Shown: piece by piece, positions 26,185 to 33,199 of the stretch | Layout of the letters: each line of letters opens with the position of its first letter | Numbering within the stretch: the first letter of the stretch is position 1 | DNA from: a virus | Length of the DNA stretch: 64,000 nucleotides | Virus record (IMG/VR): IMGVR_UViG_3300045988_159115 | Strand: one strand, 5' to 3' | Program-made: the position numbers and the translations under genes | The notes under the pieces: generated by a model | What the model saw: the letters and a program-made list of their open reading frames with translations, nothing else | Told to the model about the DNA's origin: nothing | Database searches by the model: none

Positions 26185-26589
26185 ATGGAAACGATTATCA
26201 CCATGCTGGGCAGTGACGTTTGGACTGTCCTCGTTACCCTCATTTCCATCGTTCTTGTCTTCGTTGGCATTATCGCATCAAAGGTTCTTCTGCTTCTTTC
26301 AAAGAAGCTCGGAATCGACGTTGATGCTCAGACCATGAAGACGATTCAGGCTCTTGTCAATAAGCTGGTTCAGGCAATGAATCAGAGTGTTGTCAATGAC
26401 CTGAAGAAAGCGAATCCGGATGGTAAGCTGACTGCTGAGCAGAAGGCACAGGTATTCAATGATGTACGAAATGATTTGGAGAAGTCTCTGACTGATGAAG
26501 AGAAGCAGTATCTGATTGATAAGTTTAAAGATCTTGATACTGCACTGAAGGCATTGATTGAGTCCTCTGTTGGTGAGAACCATAAGTAA
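26185..26589 (+). CDS. putative holin (LL-H-like), 134 aa
   Basis: There is a single N-terminal TM segment (VWTVLVTLISIVLVFVGIIASKVLLLL) followed by an amphipathic helical tail ending ...LKALIESSVGE. The layout matches LL-H family holins as I recall them. Confidence 0.5.
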   Translation: METIITMLGSDVWTVLVTLISIVLVFVGIIASKVLLLLSKKLGIDVDAQTMKTIQALVNKLVQAMNQSVVNDLKKANPDGKLTAEQKAQVFNDVRNDLEKSLTDEEKQYLIDKFKDLDTALKALIESSVGENHK

Positions 26590-26592
26590 TTG

Positions 26593-26634
26593 AAAGCACC
26601 CTAGTAGTTTTTCATAGCTACTAGGGTGCTTTTG
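26593..26634 (+). terminator. intrinsic terminator
   Basis: Stem aaagcaccctagtag/ctactagggtgcttt. Confidence 0.75.
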
Positions 26635-26664
26635 AGAAAAGAATTTTCATTCAGACTCATATTT

Positions 26665-26674
26665 ATATATTATA
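26665..26674 (+). promoter_or_regulatory. ATATATTATA promoter-like motif (P7)
   Basis: The sequence is TTTATATATTATATTGATAG, 33 nt upstream of ATG 26707. Confidence 0.45.
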
Positions 26675-26706
26675 TTGATAGATGGATAGAAAGGAGGGTG
26701 ATTATT

Positions 26707-27225
26707 ATGGACCAAGAATACATGAAAATTTGGTTAATCTATCTCATTGATCAAGATGAGCCAAATATTTATGGCTATTCTACCAATAAAGAATTGGTGA
26801 AGAAATTTAGAGAAACTAGGAATATGAAGCATTATAAGATATTCAAACGAGTTATTACGAAGGGAGAGTTTGAAAGTATTTCGTTTGAATATATGACGGC
26901 AATCTTAATGGAATTCGAAGGATATGGAAAAGACCAGAACGGCTACCCGATTCCATTTAAATTTGTCGTCACACAAAAAGAATTAAACCACATTCGTGCA
27001 AGAGAATCGTTCTTATTTGAAACGGAAATATTCAAACTTGTTTCCGTGAATCATGGAATGGCTGTAAAGAATTCGTATCGAGATGCACTTGCGTCTCTCA
27101 TGTATTTCGTTTACAATAGTTACCTGTCTGATCAAACTGACCTAAGTGAACGAATGATTTTAGCACGAACCAAACGAAATGATTTTGAGGTACTGATGGA
27201 ATTATATAAGGATGTGATATTGTGA
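26707..27225 (+). CDS. MKVY-family paralog 2 (172 aa)
   Basis: AAAGGAGGG lies 7 nt upstream of ATG 26707. Family motifs present are MKIWLIYL, IYGYSTNKELVKKFRETRNMKHY and YRDALASLMY. Confidence 0.75.
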   Translation: MDQEYMKIWLIYLIDQDEPNIYGYSTNKELVKKFRETRNMKHYKIFKRVITKGEFESISFEYMTAILMEFEGYGKDQNGYPIPFKFVVTQKELNHIRARESFLFETEIFKLVSVNHGMAVKNSYRDALASLMYFVYNSYLSDQTDLSERMILARTKRNDFEVLMELYKDVIL

Positions 27226-27875
27226 AAGTATATCGGTACTATCTTCAACTTCCAGATGATTTTTCAAAGACTCTTCCAGAGGAATCACGACAGGCTTTTT
27301 ATCTTATCGAATCTGGTCTTGAGAAATTGCAATCCGTGAAACGTGACGGATATATCATCTACTTCTATGCTTTTACAAACCGGAAGGCATTGGCAAAGCA
27401 ATTTGAAGAGCTTCACAACATGAGCCTCTTTTCTACCTACCATAAGAAGATGTCTAAGAAAGAATACAAAGAGCTTTTGAAGATGCATCCATATTCGGAG
27501 TTTAAACTCCAAGAAATTGATGAGTTTTCTTATGGTGGGCAGAAAGGATATATGTATTGCACCGGTGCAGAAGCATATGATTTATATGGGGCGGCATATG
27601 ATTTCATAGTAAATAAGCTGATGGATGTCTCTGTCTACCCATATGATATGATAAAGCAAAAATACCAAGTATCATTGGATATCCTTCGTTATACCTATTA
27701 TTACGATTGCGTTTTCTCTGATGATCTGTCACAGTTGAGTGATATGGAGTCATATGGCTTGACTCCTCTTGGATACGGATGTGGAGAGCACGTTCATCCA
27801 AATCTTCTTACCTGCTATGCTCGAATTTATGCACCACTATTAAAGAAAGGAAGTGTGCCCCTTGAAAGTCTATAA
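27222..27875 (+). CDS. MKVY-family paralog 3 (217 aa), GTG start overlapping the upstream stop (GTGA)
   Basis: Family motifs present are MKVYRYYL, YFYAFTNRKALAKQFEELHNMSLF and YQVSLDILRY. Confidence 0.75.
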   Translation: MKVYRYYLQLPDDFSKTLPEESRQAFYLIESGLEKLQSVKRDGYIIYFYAFTNRKALAKQFEELHNMSLFSTYHKKMSKKEYKELLKMHPYSEFKLQEIDEFSYGGQKGYMYCTGAEAYDLYGAAYDFIVNKLMDVSVYPYDMIKQKYQVSLDILRYTYYYDCVFSDDLSQLSDMESYGLTPLGYGCGEHVHPNLLTCYARIYAPLLKKGSVPLESL

Positions 27876-28491
27876 ATTTTACCTCAGTCAAGATGATGAT
27901 ACGGTAAGACGGGCTATTGAGACTGGGAATAATATGCGCGATGTCCATCCTCTTTATGCATTTACAAACAGCAAAGAGATGCGAGACGAATTCGTAGAAA
28001 TGCATAATATGAAATGCTTTTACGAAGTCGTCTCGAAAATGCCGAAATCGGAATGGGCGGAGTTTGCAAATAATAATCGTGGCAGGCTCTTGGAATATTT
28101 TGATTATAAGACACGATTCTATGATGATGCTGGTGTCATGCATCTTACGGATGAAGCTACAAATGGAATGAGCGGAGTTTCGATTCTTTCTACCAATAGC
28201 GAGCGTCTTCAGATTGAGTCGAATACGGATATCTTTAATGGTGTTCAGCTCATCAATGGAGAGCTTGCAGATATTTCGTGGCCAAATCCTTGGATTCTTA
28301 AACCGAAGTATCAAGAATCTCTCTTAGCTTTAGCATACGATAATTTTTGGAGACTTCTCAGAGATCCCGCTCAGCCTAAACTTGATGAGTATGCACCAGA
28401 ATGCTACGATCCTTATTCTGAATGGTGTGATGCAACTTTTGACGAAGCAGCAGCTTATGTTGCTGAGTACAAAGACTATCTGCGGAAGTAA
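27862..28491 (+). CDS. MKVY-family paralog 4 (209 aa), TTG start
   Basis: The track start GTG 27853 has no SD spacing. TTG 27862, 9 nt after AAAGGAAG, gives MKVYKFYL, matching the paralog N-termini. Other family motifs are LYAFTNSKEMRDEFVEMHNMKCF and YQESLLALAY. Confidence 0.65.
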   Translation: MKVYKFYLSQDDDTVRRAIETGNNMRDVHPLYAFTNSKEMRDEFVEMHNMKCFYEVVSKMPKSEWAEFANNNRGRLLEYFDYKTRFYDDAGVMHLTDEATNGMSGVSILSTNSERLQIESNTDIFNGVQLINGELADISWPNPWILKPKYQESLLALAYDNFWRLLRDPAQPKLDEYAPECYDPYSEWCDATFDEAAAYVAEYKDYLRK

Positions 28492-28528
28492 GCCTTGGAA
28501 CAGCTCTATAAGAAAGGAGCTGTGTTAC

Positions 28529-29194
28529 ATGACTGGTATTGATCGTATTCGTAAGAAGACGTTCCAAGCACCGGAAGATATGGAATATACCGTTACGTTT
28601 AATAACTCGAAAGATAAGACGAAGTTCATTAAGCGTTGCGAACGCCTTATCCGGTCTTCTATGGAATATCGAGATTACATTTCGTATTTGAAGGAGTACG
28701 TTGACATGAATCATTGTGCTTTCTTCAATAACGTTGAGAACGGGAATGGAAGTCGTGTTCGTATTGAGATTCATCATGAACCGTTTACACTGTACGATAT
28801 CACAAATGTCGTAGTGAACCGATTCCAGAAGGACGGCATTCCTCTGAATGATTACTTCATTGCCGATGAAGTGATGAAGCTTCATTATCAGAATGAGGTT
28901 GGCCTGATCCCTCTCTCAAAGTCGCTTCATCAGATGGTACACTTCTCGGATAACATCGTGATTCCGTTTAACCTCATCTACGGGAACTACCGTAAGTTTA
29001 TTGAGGATTACAGTGATTACTTTGATTTCGATGGTGATACCTCGATTCTCGATAAGTTTGAAGCAAAGGCTATTGATAGCCGGAAGTTCAGCGCAGAGAT
29101 GCTGAATAAGCTGACTCCGTCGTTTGTGTACATCGCAGTTGATGGCTTCTCGCTTCCTCAGAAAGTTCCTGTACAGGAATTGGAACACGCATAA
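28529..29194 (+). CDS. His-Me-finger/HNH-like protein (221 aa), paralog of 38025-38699
   Basis: The start is moved to ATG 28529, preceded by AGAAAGGAG. Motifs are FIKRCERLIRSS..Y..YLK...DMNHC, RIEIHHEPFTLYD and NEVGLIPLSKSLHQMVH, giving an HH...N...H...H spacing as in HNH folds. Confidence 0.45.
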   Translation: MTGIDRIRKKTFQAPEDMEYTVTFNNSKDKTKFIKRCERLIRSSMEYRDYISYLKEYVDMNHCAFFNNVENGNGSRVRIEIHHEPFTLYDITNVVVNRFQKDGIPLNDYFIADEVMKLHYQNEVGLIPLSKSLHQMVHFSDNIVIPFNLIYGNYRKFIEDYSDYFDFDGDTSILDKFEAKAIDSRKFSAEMLNKLTPSFVYIAVDGFSLPQKVPVQELEHA

Positions 29195-29200
29195 AAACAG

Positions 29201-29251
29201 TTAGATGACTCCATGTAGCTTTGATATAACTACATGGAGTCATCTAATTTT
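29201..29251 (+). terminator. intrinsic terminator
   Basis: 18-bp stem ttagatgactccatgtag/ctacatggagtcatctaa followed by TTTT. Confidence 0.85.
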
Positions 29252-29394
29252 GAAAAAACACACATCGAAAAACCAAAGGAGAATCTATTAAAGAAAAGTC
29301 AGATTGTGAAAATCTTAGTTCCTTAGCCGATTGTTAGATGATGAAAAAGTAAATAACTGTCGACTATATGATAGATTGAAAGGTCTATTCTCAA

Positions 29395-30714
29395 ATGAAA
29401 GGAAGCATTAGAATGAATAAGTTTAGAGACATTGAAGACACTATTTTCGATCTTTACATCGCTGATATTGAAGAAGACAGCGAAGAAGAAGCCAGCATCG
29501 TGACCCCTAAGTTACCCATGCTGGCTTCTAATGATTTAGCCCATAAGATTTCCGGTGTGTACAATCCGGATTATATCACGGATAACAGCGACAATGCCTT
29601 TTATAAGGTCATCTGCAATAAGATGATTGCGCTCGATCCGAGCCTCAAGGACAATATCCGCACCCTTGAGGACTATGAGACTGGCGGTAAGAAAAACAGC
29701 CGCGCGGACGTTAGTCAGACGATTCTGACTATGACGAAAAATACGCTTGCTCCTGGCATCTATTATGTGAAGGCTGGTAAGAAGGTATACTTCTATCTCA
29801 CGATTTCTGTGTATACCCCGAAGTCTGCTGATGACGATCGTAGCAGCTACTTCTATAAGGAGAATTCTCTCAGCTATGAGTTCTGGATTATCGGTAGGAA
29901 GTGGAAGAAGTATTTCGATGAACTCGTTGCTGAGAAGGATAAGTATGATAAGGAGTGCGAGAAGTCCTCTTCTGACTGGTTCATCGTTCCTGACGGACAG
30001 GAAGGCCGTGATCGGAAGACTGTCTTTAAGTCTTTCGACAATCTGGTTATGAGAGACAAGGACAAGGTTATCAAATACATTGACAACTGGGTCGCGAACA
30101 TCCCGTATTTCTACAAGAAGTACAATATGATTTCGAAGCTCTCGGTAATTTTGTACGGCGAACCCGGCACTGGTAAGAGCACTTTCTGTCAGGCAGTCGC
30201 TCGGTACCTTGGCATCCATAACATCGTTCCGATTCAGCCGAATACGTTTGAGACGAAAGCAACGATTCGTTCTCCGTTCAGCGAGCTCGTTCCTGTCATC
30301 TATTCCATTGACGACATCGACTGTGTTTGCAAGTCCCGTGACGATAAGAAGAGCACCAAGGAAGATTCGATGGCAACGGCAAACGTTCTCGCATTCCTTG
30401 ATAATCCTCCCACGTTCTTCTTTAAGGCAAAGGACGGGATGATGTATCCTGTTTCCATCTGCATTGCTACCACGAACTACTATGACAAGTTGGATCCGGC
30501 TGTGAAGCGTTACGGTCGATTCGACCTCCATATTGCAATGAATGAGTTTGATAAGGAACTTGCAGAGGAGATGTGCAAGGTTTATGACTTGGAGCTCAAG
30601 GATGTTTTGAGTGAGGAAGAGCTTAATGCAAAGAACTTCCATTACTCTCCTGCAAAGCTTCAGGCAATGTGCCTTGCAAATATCGACAAGCGGATGAAAG
30701 AAATCAAGGAATAA
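29395..30714 (+). CDS. classical AAA ATPase (439 aa; alternative start ATG 29413)
   Basis: Motifs are Walker A LYGEPGTGKST, Walker B VIYSIDDID, sensor-1 IATTN and the Arg-finger region LDPAVKRYGRFD. The ATPase lies in the C-terminal half and the N-terminal roughly 240 aa are unknown. Confidence 0.8.
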   Translation: MKGSIRMNKFRDIEDTIFDLYIADIEEDSEEEASIVTPKLPMLASNDLAHKISGVYNPDYITDNSDNAFYKVICNKMIALDPSLKDNIRTLEDYETGGKKNSRADVSQTILTMTKNTLAPGIYYVKAGKKVYFYLTISVYTPKSADDDRSSYFYKENSLSYEFWIIGRKWKKYFDELVAEKDKYDKECEKSSSDWFIVPDGQEGRDRKTVFKSFDNLVMRDKDKVIKYIDNWVANIPYFYKKYNMISKLSVILYGEPGTGKSTFCQAVARYLGIHNIVPIQPNTFETKATIRSPFSELVPVIYSIDDIDCVCKSRDDKKSTKEDSMATANVLAFLDNPPTFFFKAKDGMMYPVSICIATTNYYDKLDPAVKRYGRFDLHIAMNEFDKELAEEMCKVYDLELKDVLSEEELNAKNFHYSPAKLQAMCLANIDKRMKEIKE

Positions 30715-30722
30715 ATTCGATT

Positions 30723-30732
30723 ATATATTATA
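30723..30732 (+). promoter_or_regulatory. ATATATTATA promoter-like motif (P8)
   Basis: The sequence is GATTATATATTATATCAATAG, 44 nt upstream of ATG 30776. Confidence 0.45.
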
Positions 30733-30775
30733 TCAATAGCAGGCAGAATAACTTTAGTAAAGGAGTGTGAATCAA

Positions 30776-32164
30776 ATGGATGAAGAATTGGATACGTTAG
30801 TATTCAACGTCAAATCCAAGAGACCTGTGTTGGCATCCGATGAAGATGCGACAGAGATTATGGAAGAGGAATCCAGAACGACGAGGAGGAATTCTGTTCG
30901 TCGGTATACCCATCAGGAAATCAAGGTGAACCTTCCGAAGGGAGCAAAGTACGATGAGTATGCTGCTCTCTATAGCCACGTGGCAGTTCATGATTATGGT
31001 GAGAATGATGACTATAATCTGGACGATGCCACAAAGATTGCACGTCAGAAGTATTACGCAGAATTTGCGAAACTGCGTAAGGCGAAGCGTCGTTATCGTG
31101 AGATTGACAAGTATGTCAGAACTTGTCGTCAGTGCTATGTGTGTATGAAGCTCGTAGCATATACGAATGGCGTTTATCCTCCTGACGAGTTCATGCAGCG
31201 TGTTCTCGATAAGAAGATTCACATCGTTGGTGTGAACTTCCCGAAATACGTTGGAAAAGACCGCAAGAAGATCAACTGGGATTTCATCCAGAAGTATATC
31301 GAGAATCCGTCTCTGGATCTTCGTGAGATGATGGACGAACTGACTGGTACAGTTCCCGATATTGACATGGATGATATTCCGGATAATCCGGAACTGAATC
31401 GACTCATGGCAAGTATCACGTCCGATGATGATCTCGTGGATGTTGTTTTCCTGAGTAAGAAGGACAACAAGAAGTTCATGAAGGTCTTTGGTGATGAAGC
31501 AGCTTCTGCATTTGAAGATGTTGTGAAAGCCAAGAAGGGTCAGAATAATCGTGTTGGAAGCATGTCTCAGTTTGGCGATCATGCTTATGACACGTCTTCT
31601 GACATCGACAAGATCATGAAGCTTGATAAGAAGCGTAAGATCTTCCATGACGATGATATCCCGGATGTCACTGGACCGATTCAGTCTCTCGATGATCTGG
31701 ATGCTCGTATTGACGCAATGGATGATTTCCTGTATCGTCATACTACGGTCGTCTATAACAACAAAGCTGTTACTCCGGAGCGTCGTGATGAGATCAAGAT
31801 CAAAGATGCTATGGAGAGTGGCGGCTTTAACGTTCGTATGCTCATGGATACTCGAACGGATGAAGAGCGTCAGAGAGATAAAGAAAAGGAACGTGATAAG
31901 AAGAAGGAAGAAGAACTTCTTAAACGTCTTCAGGAAATCGACGCACGGAAGAAGGCTCGTAAGAAGGGCAAGGACATCGTGGAAGTCGATGTGAAGAAGA
32001 GCGAGAAAGAGGAGGCTGCTGAAAAGAAACACAAGAAGAAGGAAAAGAAAAAGGCTAAGAAAGAAAAGAAAGCTCGTGAAGCCATGGACAACATCACGAA
32101 AGATGATGACTTCGATACTGCGAAAGAGTATCAGAAGTACATGGAAGACTTTACGAGCTTTTGA
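30776..32164 (+). CDS. hypothetical protein (462 aa) with a very K/E-rich C-terminal tail
   Basis: AAAGGAG lies 10 nt upstream of ATG 30776; the track start GTG 30767 is too close to the SD. The tail reads KEKERDKKKEEELLKRLQEIDARKKARKKGK...KKHKKKEKKKAKKEKKARE. Confidence 0.7.
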   Translation: MDEELDTLVFNVKSKRPVLASDEDATEIMEEESRTTRRNSVRRYTHQEIKVNLPKGAKYDEYAALYSHVAVHDYGENDDYNLDDATKIARQKYYAEFAKLRKAKRRYREIDKYVRTCRQCYVCMKLVAYTNGVYPPDEFMQRVLDKKIHIVGVNFPKYVGKDRKKINWDFIQKYIENPSLDLREMMDELTGTVPDIDMDDIPDNPELNRLMASITSDDDLVDVVFLSKKDNKKFMKVFGDEAASAFEDVVKAKKGQNNRVGSMSQFGDHAYDTSSDIDKIMKLDKKRKIFHDDDIPDVTGPIQSLDDLDARIDAMDDFLYRHTTVVYNNKAVTPERRDEIKIKDAMESGGFNVRMLMDTRTDEERQRDKEKERDKKKEEELLKRLQEIDARKKARKKGKDIVEVDVKKSEKEEAAEKKHKKKEKKKAKKEKKAREAMDNITKDDDFDTAKEYQKYMEDFTSF

Positions 32165-32178
32165 TGGGAGGACAAAAG

Positions 32179-33084
32179 ATGGTATCCAATGTGGAACTTC
32201 AGGGTACTAAGATGAAGATGCGTTCTCGCATTCTTCAGTATTTCCCTGTGGAACTCCTGATGAAACTTCGTCAGGTAAGTGATGCTCATGGAGTGAGTAA
32301 TAATGAGAAAACTCCGAAGATCATTGAGCTTCTCAATGAGTATCACGTTCCGTTCGATCGCCTTGGTAATGGCACAAATCGTTATGGCATTTTGATTGAT
32401 GGATATGCCGTAAAGATTGCGCTGGATAGTGCAGGCCGAATGGACAATCGTCGTGAGTTTAAGTATGCTCACAATCTGTATCCGTATGTCGTCAAAGTCT
32501 ATGAGTGCTCGGAGGATGGACTCATTGCATTCTTTGAGTATGTGACGATCTTTTCCATGGCAGACTATATGGCATGTCAGGATCAGATGAGAGACATTCT
32601 GAGAGAAATCAGTCAGAACTATCTGGTTGGCGATATCGGCGTTTCGTCCAATAACTACGTGAACTGGGGAACGAGAGAAAACGGCGAAATCGTGATTCTC
32701 GATTTCGCATATATCTATTCCTTGTCTTATCGTGGTTTTGAATGTACGAAGTGTGACGAGCATGCTCAACTTCAATTTGATCCGGACTACAATAACCTGA
32801 TTTGCCCATTCTGTAAAGAGAAGTATAGCTTTTCTGCGATCCGGAGAAGAATTTCGAAGGAAGACGAGCAGAATGAGATCGGCAATATCATGGAAGCTGA
32901 AGGCGCTTATAAGCTGACTGCTCCGACTCAATTCGTTGAGATTGGTGAGAAGAAAGCGATGAAGTATCGTGGCAAGTCCAAGAAAGAGACGCTGGAAAAA
33001 GATTGCTCTGGTCCGAAACTGAAGAAAGATATGACCTCGGAAGAAGCCAAGACATATCTGGATCAGTTGATCGCTATGGCATAA
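32179..33084 (+). CDS. eukaryotic-like (Hanks/ePK-fold) protein kinase with C-terminal zinc ribbon (301 aa)
   Basis: There is a Gly-rich loop plus Lys (LGNGTNRYGILIDGYAVKIA), a catalytic-loop-like YLVGDIGVSSNNYVNW and a DFG-like IVILDFAY, followed by CTKC..(17)..CPFC. The start is at ATG 32179, preceded by GGGAGGA. Confidence 0.6.
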   Translation: MVSNVELQGTKMKMRSRILQYFPVELLMKLRQVSDAHGVSNNEKTPKIIELLNEYHVPFDRLGNGTNRYGILIDGYAVKIALDSAGRMDNRREFKYAHNLYPYVVKVYECSEDGLIAFFEYVTIFSMADYMACQDQMRDILREISQNYLVGDIGVSSNNYVNWGTRENGEIVILDFAYIYSLSYRGFECTKCDEHAQLQFDPDYNNLICPFCKEKYSFSAIRRRISKEDEQNEIGNIMEAEGAYKLTAPTQFVEIGEKKAMKYRGKSKKETLEKDCSGPKLKKDMTSEEAKTYLDQLIAMA

Positions 33085-33087
33085 TTA

Positions 33088-33133
33088 GAAACAGCACTAA
33101 CTCCCGGCTAGAAAGTTAGTGCTGTTTCTTTTT
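33088..33133 (+). terminator. intrinsic terminator
   Basis: Stem agaaacagcactaact/agttagtgctgtttct followed by TTTTT. Confidence 0.85.
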
Positions 33134-33135
33134 GT

Positions 33136-33170
33136 CATTTATATGTAATATACTAGAGAGGTAAAAACTC
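33136..33170 (+). promoter_or_regulatory. variant promoter region (TATATGTAATATA plus GGTAAAAACTC)
   Basis: This is a degenerate version of both upstream motif families, 30-60 nt upstream of ATG 33200. Confidence 0.3.
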
Positions 33171-33199
33171 TTAAAATAATTAAAGGAGTGAAATCGAAA

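Noticed and set aside
29021-29041. The DFDGD motif (YFDFDGDTS) resembles the RNA polymerase beta-prime catalytic NADFDGD.
   Set aside because: It lies in the C-terminal tail of a 221-aa His-Me-like protein with no other RNAP features, and it is not conserved in the paralog at 38025-38699.
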